Shown: positions 13,423 to 32,565 of the stretch, one piece after another
How positions within the stretch are numbered: the stretch's first letter is position 1
Layout: every line of letters begins with the position of its first letter
NCBI RefSeq assembly: GCF_009914755.1
Contig: NC_060927.1
From: the human T2T-CHM13v2.0 reference genome, Homo sapiens
Direction: 5' to 3' (one strand)
Length of the DNA: 64,000 nt
Made by a program: the position numbers and the translations under genes
The notes under the pieces: generated by a model
The model's database searches: none
The model's input: only the letters and a program-made list of their open reading frames with translations
What the model was told of the DNA's origin: nothing

Positions 13423-15637
13423 TCAGACTAAGAATAAACCAACTTCCCAACAGTGGTTTTCTTTTCCTATTTATCTATTTTGAAAAAGCCTTGTGAGGAA
13501 AGATTAAATAGCTAAATTGGCTGTGGCAATGACTGAGAAAGAAAATGGAAAAACAAAAACCAGAAAATTTTGAACTATTTTCTGATTCAACAGCTGTCCA
13601 CTTTCTTCTCAGGTTCCTCGATCTAAGTAGCCACCTAGACCTCCTCCCGTTCACACCTTGGGGCAGGGGCCTGATGGGCAGGCAAATGGCCAAATAGCAG
13701 CAGTGGGAACCTAAGAGATGGGGAACCTAATGGGGAGACCACCAAAACCAAGAACTAGGCATCGTGCCAGGCACGATGGCAGTCAAGCCAGCAAAGCAGC
13801 CATGACTTCCATTGTTTGGTCCTTTCCCAAATATTCTGAACTAGTTGGCTGTGCACAGAAGAACTCAGGATCCAGAAAGGGCAAACTTTACATTTAAGCA
13901 ATTAAATTAAAACCCAGTCATTCACATCAGATTTTGAGGTACACAAACATTTGTGAGCAGAAGACAAGTCAAAGTTCTGGTGGGAAATTCTGGTGGGAAC
14001 ACTTTGTTAAGTCTGTTGAAAAAAATGAGTTACAAAACCAATACTCAAGGGCCCTCAATGGCCAAAAAACAAAAGCAGCTCACAGGCCCAGTCCCAGAGA
14101 CATGGGCAATGTTAATTCTCTCCTTGCTTACCTACAGAAAAGCATCAGAACAAGGCCTGCCTTGAAGAAAGAGGAGGGAAACAAACCGCAGTTCAGGCCA
14201 CATAAGCAGCTTGCGATTTCTTTCCCTGTCTTCTGCCTACCACTCAGTGTTATAAAATAAACCGGAGAGACAGTAGAGGTTAGGCTAAAGGGTTATTCTC
14301 TAATTCTGTATTCTCTGGGGAGCATCCGAGAGGAGCCCAGAGGGCTCATGGTCACTAGTCAGCTCTCTCAGACCCCGTAGAACAATTTTAGGGAGGTACC
14401 ACCATGTCTTTAGTTCACAGTTAAAAAAGAAGGCCACAGAGGAAGGTTGCCAATGTTCTACCATCTCCTCCAGTCAACAGCCACAATCAGCCCTAGGATA
14501 GTTTACTTATTACTTACGATAAGGATTTTTAAAGGTACCATGAAAAATTATGAAAGACTTTTATATGGGCATTAAAAATTACAGGGTGTCCTGTCTAGGG
14601 CACCCTTCCAGGCTATCTCTGACTTTGTCTTGAAGCTGTTTTACAACCCTGTAAGTTGTAGAAAACTGACAGTAATACAAATGGTTTTTTTTTTTTTCCA
14701 GAGAAATGAAGATGAACTGTGTCACAGATGCAGTGGATTACTGACTGCCCTTGTAATAGTCCATTTTGCATCTGTTGGTAATTCATTGAGGCACTCTTGG
14801 TTTTCTATGAGTTTGTATTTTTTGAATTCAAGAATTGTAACATCACTGTTAGATCCCTCCTTATTTAATGAGAGAAATAAAATATTTGACACGAGAAAAT
14901 TTTATATTTGTATCCCAATTATGCTTTTACCTTCTTAAAAATATCTTTTAACAAAGGCTTCAGTGCTTCAGATAATTTTTAAAAACAGAAAAACAACAAA
15001 ATCAGAGAAGAAAAATAGGAGAGAACTGAGCTAAGCTGGCACGAGGAGACATGCTTGCTCACATGACTTCTCAACCAAGACCAAAGGGCTAAGAGAATCC
15101 TTTCCCTTTGCTTCCAAAACCAGATATTTCACAAGGAAACAAAATGCACTAAAAATATCTCATGCTTGATACTTGGGGAAACAGCAGTAAATCTTAAGCT
15201 TTAAGGATTTACTGGTATAACCTTTATGAAAACTCAAACCTTCAGGTTCATCAAAGACAACATGTTGGGGGTGATTGTTTTATTACAAAAAGATCCAATT
15301 AAAGGTTTACCTTTAAGGAGCTGTCAGAATGCATTTTCAACAGACTTGTAGAACCTGTAATTTGAGGGTCCTGTACAGAAAGAGTCCCCTGTAAGAAGCA
15401 GGATTCTCACCATCTGCACACAGGCCCTCATTCTATCTTGGCCTCTAGGCTGCAAGCAGAAGCACAGGCTTTCTACAATAAAACACTTGGAAAGCTCCGA
15501 GCCCATGGCAATACTGGCAGTGAAAACTGAAGAAGTGGCCAGCACATCACTGTCCCCTGCTTCGCCCCACCAGGCCACGTCTACCACATCCTGTCCCTAT
15601 CTCCCCACTTCTCATATATATACAAAACCTCCAGGGC

Positions 15638-15917
15638 AGCCAGGTGCGATGGGGCTCATGCCTGTAATCCCAGCACTTTGGGAGGCCAAGGCGGGCAGAT
15701 CACTTGAGGTCAGGAGTTCAAGACCAACCTGGCCAACATGGTGAAACCACGTCTCTACTAAAAATACAAAAATTAGCTGGGTGTGGTGGTTGGTGCCTGT
15801 AGTCCCAGCTCCTCAGGAGGCTGAGGCAGGAGAAAAGCTTGAACCTGGGAGGTGGAGGTTGCAATGAGCCAAGATCGCGCCGCTGCACTCCAGCCTGAGC
15901 TACAGGGCGAGACTCCG

Positions 15918-15978
<61 letters not shown>
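15638..15978 (+). mobile_element. Alu whose tail is a (CA)30 microsatellite (15919-15978)
   Basis: Alu dimer running directly into the CA repeat. Confidence 0.93.
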
Positions 15979-15979
<1 letters not shown>

Positions 15980-18900
15980 CCCTCCAGCTCCTGGAAGAGA
16001 CCTCCACACAACTCAGCTTCCTGCCTTGAGGAAGAAGGTCACTAAGCATGTCGCCTTGGTTATGTCTCCTAGGTAATCAAGGAGCTCCTCTATCTACAGC
16101 CTAGCATCAGGCATGAGCTGTGTGCAGTGATGTGGGTCAGGTGTGGTGGGATAAGTAAGGAGGAGAGCGGCTCAGGGGTAGGTGTGGCAAACTGCACCCC
16201 ATACTCCGGAGCAGCATACTCCGGAGATGCTGAAGATCCAGGGACCACAGAGATACTGCTCAGCCCCGGACCCTGCTCATATCAGCCCACAGAAAATAGC
16301 AAACACCCGGCACCTTCCCGCATGGGCACCACTGGGCACTGATTGGGTGTTTCAATCTGGCTTGGCCAGCCTCTTCGCGGGGTCCCACACCAGCAGAATG
16401 GCCCAACCGGCTTAGTAGACATCCACCAGGCACAGCTCCTCAGCCTCCTGTTACAGCTTTCTCGACTCTCCAATCTCCAGGGCCTTTGCACCCTCAGTTA
16501 CACTCCCAACATCTCTTCCAACATCACAGAGGGGCGGTCAGGGGCCTCTTTGCCCAGGGAGGCAATCTCACTGTCTGCTGAGAACCTCCATTCTGACTGT
16601 TTCAGACTGTTTCCTGATTCTTACTGCGTCCTTGGGCAATGAGACCTAAGAAGGCGCTTCTTCCCACTGTGTGGAAGGGAGGCGGTTCACACCCACCAAC
16701 GTCAGGGAGGCTGTCGTGAGCAGCTCCTCACCTGCCATCCCAGGCTCATATCCACTGTGAACCAGGAGAAGGGCTGGCCCTGCGTCGTGTCCTCTCCAGC
16801 AGCCACCTGGGGCTAGTTCAGAAACAGTTCGTGCCTCTCATTTCCAAGTCACATTTCCCTCTTCCTCTGTCTGAGCTCTTTCAGCAGACATCAGAAAAGC
16901 CAATTTCTCCCTCCCAGGATGCCAGCCCTCCTCTCTCAGAGGATGAAAAGCTATCACCTTCCCATAAAGGCTACTTCAGTGCCAAAACAGCTGAGGCTGA
17001 AGGGGTCCTATGCTGCCCAAGCTCCCCAGCTGGAGAGCAGCAGGGACCCCAGGCCCTGTGCCCCAAGGAAGGCTGCTCAACTACAAGGTTGGCAGCTCTG
17101 CCACAAGCTACTTGTATTTTCCAGAGTCCTCATCAACCCCAGCACTAAGCAGAAAACTGATCCTTTGTCCCTGTCTGTGCCACTGCATGTGGCCTAACAG
17201 AGCACACCAGGGCTGCTGCCACCTCCTAGTATATCGGCTTCAGCCATGGCTCCAAGTGTGGCTGCCTGATGTCACCACAGGAAGTGTGAGGGGCCGCATA
17301 GATAATCTTGGGCACGTTACGTGGGAACCCCAGTGTCCCGCTGTGCCTGGAGGGATCGTGTAGTCCAAGCCACTGCCATTTCTTCAAGACAGCCCTGGGC
17401 CTTTCTGAGCACGGAATTTTCTTTTATTAGACCCTTAAGTAATACTTTGGAAGAAGAGGGTGAGATGAAGCTCCCTTGTTCTACAGAAACAAGCATCCTA
17501 GAGTACCCAGAAGGCAGACAAGGGAGGAGACATTCTCTAGCCCTTTGATCACACAGCTTTCAGCTGGCTGAGCATGCCAGGCCCGTGAGGCTCTAGGAGG
17601 GGTCAACATGAGCACCACTGGGGGAAACGCTAAGTCCAGAGAGTTCCCAGTTACTCGACACTGTTTCAAAGCCAACCATGCAAGTGTGTGTCCTGGAGAA
17701 AGAATTATGTTCTGCATCATCCATTACATTCGGAGAGCCTGCTCTGCACGCTGAAATTCTGAGTGGCACAGGGACGTGATGGGGGAAAGCTTTGCCACAG
17801 GCTTTTGTCTCTTGCTGGTGTCTGTTTTTAACTCATCTGTTCAATGAGGGGCATTTCCAGCCTATGCAACTGTGAAGGGATCTGGGAAGAGGAATATCAG
17901 CTCAAAGGTGGAAATCCTGGCATGTGACCCGGAACACCTGCCAATCTGCAGAGGTTGCCCCCAAGCCCAAGAAAACCAAATGGGCCCTTCCCTTCAGTGG
18001 CCACAGAGAAGGCACATATCAGCTGGCCCTCCCAGGGCCCTATGAAGCCCTCATGACCTCAGGAGTACAGGGCCATCTTGTATAGCCCCACAGGTCTTGC
18101 ACTGCACAACTCCAAAAAGCGCTATTCCCAAAGTCTGTGGTATGAACGGTGCCCTGAGTTATACAGTGTGGAGGTCTGGGGATGCCACTCCTTGGGAGGC
18201 CACCCACTATCCACTGGGGCCCTGGGACTTAAAAATGAGAGATACACAAAGCAGAAGCATGGTTTGTTTATCTTTAAACAACAGATTAAATGACTTCTGA
18301 AATGCTTGCTTATAGGCTGACATGGGTCTCCAGCTGGGGTGGAAGAAGGGCAAAAAGGAAAAGTGGCCCTTCAGCTAATTTCTTGGAAGAAGCTACCTTA
18401 CATTTTGTCCTTTTCATATCTATCGGGCTTTGGCTTGTGAACTTCCAAGATTTCCAGCCACCCCTTCCATTTTTCTCGAGATGACCCAGAAAAGTTGTTT
18501 CTAGCCCACGTCTAGCTCTGTGAGCATCACGCCCACTAGGGGGCAGGAGGCGCAAGGCCACACAAAGCCAAGCTCAGCCGAGAGTCTCAGGCTGCAGGGA
18601 GAGGTGCGTAAAGTCAACGCGGATTTGACTCTTGAAGTCATTTGTGTGCCAAGCTTTCTATTTAAGGAAGCACAAGGCCATCTTTAATTATCAGATCCCC
18701 CAGGACTTGAGCCACTGTGGCAGGTGACATTTAAAAGGGAAATCCTATTGGCATTAACCTGCTGACTTTTCTAATCCAGTCCCCCAGACGGCTTTCTCAA
18801 GGAGTCACCAAGACCTCTTGCAACCCCGTACCCGCGCCGTCCAGGGTCTTATTGGAGCTGCTGAAGCCACAGGTCAGCTCACCCACCCACCCTGCAGCAA

Positions 18901-19131
18901 ACCAGCCCTACACTCGTTTTCCAGGCGCTGGGAATCTAGACAGAGAATGCAGAGGGGCACAATGGACCCAGGCTGGTGTGGGGGGATACCAGGAACATGA
19001 GCCTGGGCAGCCCAGGAGCCAAGCCTGGAAGGGGGAAGAGGTATCCAGGAACATTCTGCGTGACTTCTAAGAAACCCGATAGAGTTAGGCAGGGGTAACC
19101 AAGTACTGCTGAGCCAAGAACTGTCCCTAGC

Positions 19132-19492
19132 TGCTATGGTCTGAACATTTGTGTCCTCCCAAAATTCTTATGTTGAAACTGATCCCCAGTGTGAGGGTAT
19201 CTGGAGATAGGGCCTTTGGGAAGTGATGAGGTAATGAGGGTAGAACCATCATGAATGAGATTAGTGACCTTATAAGCTCATGTACCCCTTCCACCGTGTT
19301 AGGACATGGAAAAGATGGTCATCTGTGAACCAAGAAACAGGCCCTCATGAGACACTGAATCTACCAATGTCCTACCTACCAATGCACTTCTCATCCTCCA
19401 GAGCTGTGAAAAATAAATTTCTATTGTTTACCAACTACCCTGTTTATGGTATTTTGTTTAGTATTTTGTCTTGGCCTGTACAGACTAAGGCA
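19132..19492 (+). mobile_element. MaLR solo LTR (MLT1A-like)
   Basis: tgctatggtctgaa start, aataaatttctattgttta, ...cagactaaggca end. Confidence 0.8.
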
Positions 19493-20130
19493 CACCATTT
19501 CTGGCTCTGAGTAACGCAGTCAGAGAGGTGGTCATGAGAGCCAGTAAAGAACCCAATATAATGACATAAAACCCAGCAAGCCAAGCTGTGAGTAAGGATC
19601 ACACACAGTCCGCTTCCTCTGTGCCTGTCAACTCCCTGAATCCCAGCCCAGAAGGCCTGTCGTAAGTACACACCTGATTCTGGTCTAATCCGCCATGACC
19701 CCTGCCTTCCTCCGACAGCACATACCCGAAGTGCAGCCCCCATTTAGGGCTGTTCATCAAGGTCTCCCCATCACAGATTCGAAACCCAGCCAGTATTGCT
19801 GGGGTTCCATGGGAGCAAACCCTGGAAAACCTCGTCCCTCTGGAAGCCTGAGTCCAGTCAAGACCCCCTGGGGATGACCCAAACCAGACAAACCTCAAGC
19901 AACATAAGGGAAGGAGCAGCTCTCGCTGTCACGGAGAGACACTGTGACTCATTCTGGAGCACTGGCTTCGTACCAAGCGCAGCCAAGAGATCATACGGAG
20001 ATGACAACCTGTGATTTTCAGGGTGTTTTCAGGCAACATGCCTGGGAGTCGAGTCTGTTACCTCCGCTCAGGGGAAGCCAGCGCGCATGCACGCGCACAC
20101 CCCCACAGCACACCCGGCCATGACTCATAC

Positions 20131-20295
20131 CCTCTGAGTGGCGTGATTCAGCATCTCCTGCCAGGCGGAGTCGAACTGCCGCTTGTCATCCTCCAGCAGC
20201 CGCTGCTCGGCCAGGGAGATGGTCTCCTTGGCGGCGCGGAGCACCTCTGTGGCCCTCTGGAAGTCCTGCGTGGCTTTCTGAGCTTCCAGCTGAGC
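20131..20295 (-). CDS. SH3BP5: SH3BP5 exon (AQLEAQKATQDFQR...MLNHATQR), coiled-coil Rab11-GEF region
   Basis: cag| acceptor, AGG|GTATGA donor, 165 nt, phase 0/0. Confidence 0.95.
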
Positions 20296-21014
20296 CTGTG
20301 TGAGAAAGAATCCTCATGAGGCCTCAGAAAATGGCAGGGGCTCCCCATGGTCCATTTTACCTTTCAAAAAATAATCATCCCAAGGACCAGGACAAGCTCA
20401 TCTCTGCCTCTTCACTCCTGGCACCCACAGGTCCTCATAGATGCCAGACAGGGCAATGGACCCCTGATGGGGGAGTGAGCAACAAATCAGTGAGCGAACA
20501 ATTTCCACAGTTCTGGGCCCAATGGATGAGATAAACACATCAGCCCTTGGCCAGAACCTGACATGGCAAACCAGCCCATCGTGGGACAGGTACAGCCAAC
20601 CCCACAGCCTTTCTCAGAAGCTCTGCCTCACTCGAGGCCTGTCACCTTCCCTGCCCAGATCTGTGGCTCAATTCATGGCAAGTCAGAACCAGGAAGGCCC
20701 CCAGAGATCATGGTCCAAAGACTTCACTCTATAGAAGGGGGACCTTAGCTGAGAGGACACAGCCTTTCCTGAGATCACACAGCTGACTAGATGCAGAGCT
20801 GTGCCAGACTCCAGCCAGTATGAGTTCCAGCCCAGCACTGTCACTCTGCCAGACAGTCTCCCACTCAACTCACACCCACTGACACCAGCGACAGGCCAAG
20901 TATGGCACCAGGCAGGCAAAGAGAAGGACCTAATTAATTAACACAACACGGTCCCTGCTTTCAAGGAGCATCAGGTGGGAGAACCAATACCAACTGTAGC
21001 TGACCACCACGTCT

Positions 21015-22213
<1,199 letters not shown>

Positions 22214-22946
22214 TAGATACCTTTACCCCAAGATGGGCCATGTGATGGCAGCTGTGTGACTGCATGAGAAATCAGCACTGAAACATCACAGTCACCACTC
22301 TACAGGCTCACCTTGAATTCCCCAGCAGGGTAGAAGCCACAAACCCGCCTCTGCAGCGTCCCACCACCCTCCCTCGTCCCACCACCCTCCCTCGGTTAAC
22401 CACATCCCCAAGTCAGTTACATAAGCCCTGGTGGGACGTCCCTAAGGCAGCCCCTGGGACTCGGGAAGAGGGGAACTACAGGGACCCCACCCTTCCCCAA
22501 GCAATTCTTACATGACTTCGAGGAAGTCTTCAGAAACCACAGGCTGAGGACGCTTTGTGAAGAAGGTTAAAGAAGGGGGAACAAAAAAATCAGAGACTCA
22601 GAGCACGCCAGCCCCCAAGGCAAAGAACAGCTTTTCCCGAGCACTCTGTGATTGTGTACTGCATACCAGACCCAGACCCAGCCCTCCAGGCGACGATGAC
22701 AATCAGATGGAGACCCGAACCAAGCATGGAGTGGACACTCAGAAGTCTGTAATACAACGCTGTATGTGACAGTGCCACAGCAGGAAGGGAGGAATGGCAG
22801 GGAATGTGAAGGAGAAATTATTTCCAGTACAAAGAACCAAGGAAGGCCTCTTAAAGGAGGAGGATCCCGAACTCAGGACTAAGGACACAAATGATTTGAA
22901 AACATGGGCTGATGAGGTGGGGGACAGAAGGAAGGATTTGAGACTC

Positions 22947-23108
22947 TAAAGACATTACAAAACAGAGTGCCTGTAGGATAAAGACATTACAAAACAGAGT
23001 GCCCGTAGGATAAAGACATATTACAAAACAGAGTGCCTGTAGGATAAAGACATTACAAAACAGAGTGCCTGTAGGATAAAGACATTACAAAACAGAGTGC
23101 CTGTAGGA
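22947..23108. repeat. Minisatellite, 5 x 32 bp (taaagacattacaaaacagagtgcctgtagga)
   Basis: Head-to-tail copies; one substitution in copy 2, 2-bp insertion in copy 3. Confidence 0.98.
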
Positions 23109-24212
23109 GATTCGATGATACCTCAGATCAAATTTTTAAAAAGGACTCCAGTGAAGACCTTGAATGAATGCCAGGCTAAACCTTCAACCAAAGTGGCCCA
23201 GGGACCTGCCCCTGCTGTGGACTCACCATGTGGCCCTGGGACCAGTCGCCCACTTCCACTCAGGTGTGCCTCAGCTACACAAGGAGAACAAGGATGCCCA
23301 CCCTCCCTAGAGCTGACCAACTCACCCCCCCAACCCCCGCCCCACCTCGTGCCTCCAGGCCCATTAGTGGTTCTTAGTTCTTTCATGTGAGGACAGCCCT
23401 GCAGGGCCTCCGCAGGCCAAGCTGCTGGGAACGAGAGGAAGCAGAGGGAACCTGTCACCTTAAAAGCCACTCCACCCCCTACCCATAGGTGGCCTCTCCT
23501 ACCTATATGCTTCACACCAACTCCAGGAGACAGGATGAATCCCACAGGATCCTAAAATGGGATTTGTATTTGCCTTTTTAGGAATTTTTTAGTATTTCAA
23601 TTCAGCAACATTTAAGGGTAAACTCTCTTCTCCCAGTTCTCTCTGCTTCAGTTATGAATCCCTTATTTCTTCAAGCAAGAAAAGATGCTCTTTTGACGGC
23701 CTTCTGAAAGGTGGCTGCTGTACCACGGGCCCAGCACCTCTTCACACCCTCTGCCATGTATCTGATGAGTTCCAAATAAGAGAACCAGATCTCTACAAAG
23801 GAAAAGAGGAAGCCCATGTGAAGCTGCCTTTGAGAAGAACATGTGCTGTCAAATTCCGGACAAGCGTCTGAAGTTTCTGCGAGATTCCTTCTCCTGTACA
23901 GTGACATAGGATACATGTTTGCCTTGCCATATCACAGGTACAACTAATGTGAGGCCTCATTCCACATTTAACCCACAGAAACCAGATGCCATCTCTCCAT
24001 AATTCATGCACTTACCGGTTCATTCACTCAAGTAAGCACTGGGCACCTGTCATGCCCCACTGTCTATTCTCTCTATTCGTTGTGGTCTCAAAGGGAGGCA
24101 ATATCTCAGCTAAAGACCCTCACTTCCCAGCCCTCACTACAACTGGTCCCTCTGGTAAGTGACAGCTAATGAGAGGTAAATGAACACTGAGTGAGATTTC
24201 CAGGAAGGCTCC

Positions 24213-25545
<1,333 letters not shown>

Positions 25546-26085
25546 ATGCTGTCAAAAGGTCTCCTAGGGAAGATTCTGCAAAGCAGGAGTGTATCAGGCA
25601 GCAGGCCAGGCCAAGACAGGAAGCACCAAAGAGTTTACACACTTATCTAACTGAGGAAAGTTTAACTGCGACATTGCTTCTCAGTGTCATCACAAAACAC
25701 AGGACTTCCAAAGTCAGAAACCAATCAATTTCACAATCCCGGAGAGAGCTGGCTATCTGGTTCTCACCATCATATGAAAGATGACACCTAGAAATCTTTG
25801 GTACAACCGATAACATTTTACCTTCACATCGTAATAAAGGCCCCAGGCCCTGGTATTTAATACATTATTTGAATAGGGCTCTATGCTCTCAGGTCCTGTG
25901 GTGTGCACAAGTCATGCAGTGATTCACTCACAGCAGAGAAACCCAATGAGCCAGCGGAAGAAGTGAGGCCCTGCTTATAATAGTACTAAAGAGGAAAATG
26001 TTAGCAGAGCTTGGTTTGAGGTATAAGATGCAATACAGAAAAAATGTTAAATACCTTCATGACTTACAGACACTAACAGCTTTCA

Positions 26086-26435
<350 letters not shown>

Positions 26436-27340
26436 TCATAAATGAATGTGATGTGACCTTCATTAGACACTGTGACTATGAAGCCCTTAGAAATGTGGAA
26501 ATGTAGAGCATTCCACGAAGGGTCATCGGCAAAGGAGGTGGCGGGTAGAGAAGCCTGGCATTGTTGAGGCTGCAGTCATGCCCCTCTGACTCAACTTCCA
26601 CTGTTGCCCACAATGGCTCTTGGGGAGGAACAAGAGCATCTGCACATTTGCATTGGCTACAACAAAGGTCCAAGACAGGAGGGAGTTTACAGACCTCCCA
26701 GTTCAAGCCCCTCATTTTTCAAAGGAGAGCCCAGAATAGGTGATGTCACATAGCTGTTTAGTGGCCCCCCAGAGCCAGGAAGCCACAGCCCCTGACCCCT
26801 AGTCTGGAGCTATTTCAGCTCAACCATGCAGTGTGTACCCCCCGGAGTAACTCATTAACACAGTCACCAGACAATTGGACGGTCTCCCCGCCAGCAATAC
26901 ATGGCAAGAACAGCTGCTAGGGCACCAAAGACAAGATGGAAACCCCACTATGCACAGGATTGCTACCTCCTGCCTGCGGCTCCCGTCCTGAAGCCTTACG
27001 CGGGTCCAGCTGACAGGCCCGTGGTTAGCTCCAGCAACTGCAAAGGAGGTGGCTGCCCAAAGTCATACTCTAGCAGGTGGTAGCTCCAAGTCAGGAAGAG
27101 AGCTCTCAAGACCAGACCAACCTAGTATCTGACTACTCACAAACCTACAGGTCTGGATACAGATGATTACAAAGGAGAAAATAATCATAGCAGTTACTGC
27201 TTTAGCATTTATTCTGTTTCAGATAATGTGTATAAAGTGTTCTGAATATAGTACATTTATACTATATAGTATATAGATATAGTACATCATTTAAGTCTCA
27301 AAATAACCCGACAGGCCTAACCCAGAGCTTTCATTCTAAA

Positions 27341-27876
<536 letters not shown>

Positions 27877-29275
27877 TAGGAGCTGAGCTCATCCCCAACC
27901 AGAGTCCCGAAAATGGGGTCTAGAGAGGCTGATCCTGAAAGCCCTCATGCCTGCCTGAGCTTAGCCTCCTACCCCCCACCACACAGTCTCACCTGCTCTG
28001 AGGAACAACTTGGACCCCATTCACAGGGGAGCCAGGAGCATGAATGAGATGCAGAGAGGCACGGGGCAGGCAAAATTTCCCCACCTAGAGGCACAGGCCT
28101 CCTACTGCCTTCCCCACTCCCCTTTCTAAATGTCTTAGTACTTAAAATCCAAAAGGACTCTGGGGTTTACTTGGGAATGGTTGGGCTCAGTATGCATACA
28201 CCCCCCCAGCACTTGGCCAAAGCAATGATGGAGCAAAAGAAGCTTCCAGAACCCCCTGGATGCCTGGACATGGATTGGGAGGAAGGAATGCCCCACTTTC
28301 TTCTAGAGAAAGTTGGAAAGATACCAGCCCAGGGCGAAGCAGGCTCTGCGTGAGGTGAGCAGTGACCCTGCAGGCACGGGGTGGCAGGACCCGGAGGAAA
28401 GAGAAGCCCCAGCCAAATGACAGGTCGGCCAGCTTCTACCCCTCGTGCTTCGCTGGAGGAATCTCACCCCCACAGGGCCCGGGGCAAGGCCCCTGCTCGA
28501 TGGGGGCAACCACTTGGTAGGAAGCCTCTGTCCTTTTTAACTTGATACTGTTTTGTCCTTGCCTCTTTACAGTGAATGTCACAGGCACTGCTGGAAAGAA
28601 CCCCTCCCCCGGCTAGAAGCTCATGAAGAAAAGCATCAGAGGCCTTTCCAACCCAACCGAGGAAGATCAAAAACCTTTGAAAACATGGTCAATAACCCCT
28701 GGGGGGTCTCAGTGAGGGAGGGATGGGCAGGACAAACATCAAAATGGACAAGAGACAAGGATGTCTGTTCTCAACTTTATTAAAGCCGTGGTTTTCTGCC
28801 TATATTCTGAGGAATCCCAGGGACCGGCAGTTCATGGACTGCCTGAGTCCTTCCAACCTGCAAGCTGCCCATCCTGCACTCCCCCTTCAACTCCTGAATG
28901 ATGCTTCATTGAAGAGGACCAGAGATAGAAACTGGCCATTCTGATAGCACCGTTTCACCCCTGAGGATGTCTGGCATATATTTTAATCCAAATTATCTCA
29001 GAACAAAGTTTCCTTTGAAAACATCTTCTGGAGAGAATTCCATTAAGCCCATTTAGTTCCTTGATTATTTTTCACACCGAGGTGCTTCTAATTTTTCATT
29101 TTTATTTAGTCAAAATTATTCTCCTGAGGATTGATTCCTTTCTATTTCAAATAGATTTGATTGAATGAACAGTTTCATCCATATCAAATTTTACTAAATG
29201 TAGCTTGTGGCACGGAGTTTTTCATTATTTGTATCAAAATTTTCCTGAATCAGTTTCTTAAAGATCTAAAAATTT

Positions 29276-29586
<311 letters not shown>

Positions 29587-31630
29587 CTAAAAATTTGTCA
29601 AACATAGGGGACATCATTTTTTCTCGGTCCCAAAGGTTACCATGTACAGTCTGAGCCATTATCAGTTTAATAGTGTTATTTCTCCCAACAATGTATATTA
29701 CAAAGTAAACAAGAAATCTATGGTATGTATCTACCCTTAGAGAAATGAGAAAACCACGGGCAGTCTTAAGAGAGACAGCACCTGCAGCTGTACCATAGAC
29801 AGACTACAGAGCCCTTTAATATGTCGGAGCAGCAAGAGAGCTTTGCAGGGTTAGAAATATCAAGGTCAAACGGTTTTGTTCCAGCCTGAGCTTAAAGGGG
29901 AACTTTTAAAAAATAAAAATGTAAAAGCTACTACTTGCTTCAAAATACAGCTAGGAGTAAGAAGGGAGAGCTGGGGGTGGGGGTAAAGATGAAACAGGAT
30001 TGCCCCAAGGTTGGTAATAGAAGCTGGATGACAAACATCCAAGGTTCCATTACACTGTTGTCTATTTTGCATATATTTGAAAGTTTTGACCCCAGTTTCT
30101 GGCAAGACAATCCCTACTGCCAACAGTCATCCAGACTAACCAGGGGTGAGTCTGACTCAAGGGTTTCGGTTGGGGGCATCAGGGAAGGTTCATCAAGCAC
30201 TGAGCCCACCTCTGCTTATCTTCAGTACTAGACACCAGCCTGCAGTTCACCTCTGGACACCGCATGTTCAGACACAGCACCCAGAGGGCTTCCCATTGCA
30301 CTCAGGAAGCACCGGTTCCTCTGCCTTAAGCTGGCACTATTTGTCACCCTACAGAATCTCCCTAATTCATGTAAAAGCTGGCAGGAGGATGGTCTTGGGC
30401 CTTATGTTTTCACAGGGCACTACTTAGCCTGAGTCAGTGTGCCTCGGCTAGTTAGCCGACTGATGTCTATGACCTGTCCCCACACTTCCATCCTTTCACA
30501 ATTACAAGCAGCTTACAGGGCCTGCCAGCTACACACAGCAGGCCTCCGGGAACGACGCATCCCAAATCAAATCCTTCCTGTTGCTGCAGCAACCCCATAG
30601 ATGCCAGGCTCTTCCTGCCCACCCTAGCCAGAAGGGTGCGCCCACATTCCTCCTCATCCTCCTCCCGCTCTCACCTTCATGCTCTAGCAGTGTGCCACCG
30701 GCTAGAGAATCGACTGGCCAGGTGCAAGGCAGGGGCCTGAGCTGGGGGTAGACAGCAGTACCCAAAAGGAAAAAAAACCCACAACAGCACCCCAGGGTAC
30801 CACCACCAAACCTAGACTCCTCACCCACAGAACCAAATAACAGGGTCTTTGCGCTCAGGGAGACGGAGACAATGTAGACCAATTGTTTTATTTTCTAGGA
30901 GAAAACTTCAGAGCCTAACAAATAAATTGGCCTGCTCAAAGCATCAAGCCTGGGTATTCTATCAGCCCCAATCCAAGCTGCCTTCCCTGCCAGCCAGCCA
31001 CACAGCCATCCCCGACATCACACTCTCGCACTCTCTCTGTCCCCAAAACACACACGCAACATGCCCCACCTCTTAATTCTTCAAATGTGTGCAAACTCAC
31101 AGAGCTCCTCCACTGCGGTGGGTTTCCCTGAGCTCAGCAGGGCTGTATCTTCCTCCCTGCACGTCCACTCACAATTCTCTTCCATCTCTGCCTTTGTCCC
31201 CCACCTACACTGTCATTCCCAGGACCCACAAAACACCAGCATCTCTTAAGACACACACACACCAATCAGGGAAGCTATTTCATCCTCCACTGGGATGCAC
31301 GATGCAGACCCAGGCCACGAACCTGGTCATTGCCTGACATTGTGAGGGAGTGGAGAGCCCTGCTTTATGCCGCACGGTGGCAGAGAACTGGAATATTGCA
31401 CGCCGGGAAAGTCCATGTGTTCTGTAATTATGCCTCATGACATTCCTTTGCAGTTAATGAGTAGCTGCCGGTTTCCAGTCACAAGGGTGGAGCATAGGAG
31501 TGGAGAGGTGGATGTATAAAGAACTGGGATGCCAGAAGAGGAAAGAGCATCTCCCTCCCCTAAGCTATAGCTATAGCTAATTTTTGTATTTTTAGTAGAA
31601 ACAGGGTTTCACCATGTTGGCCAGGCTGGT

Positions 31631-32565
<935 letters not shown>

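Noticed and set aside
20081-20096. NRF1-like motif gcgcgcatgcacgcgc
   Set aside because: Imperfect match and no CpG-island context
22357-22394. Short tandem duplications (18 bp here; similar at ~16200, ~43870, ~52070)
   Set aside because: Ordinary slippage duplications that touch no recognisable functional site
22947-23108. CRISPR-like array (32-bp repeats)
   Set aside because: Copies are head-to-tail with no unique spacers, there are no cas genes, and the context is a eukaryotic intron
23221-24020. Alternative internal SH3BP5 exons (- strand donors ATG|GTGAGT near 23227 and CCG|GTAAGT near 24016)
   Set aside because: No matching acceptor or promoter identifiable; such motifs occur by chance in 34 kb
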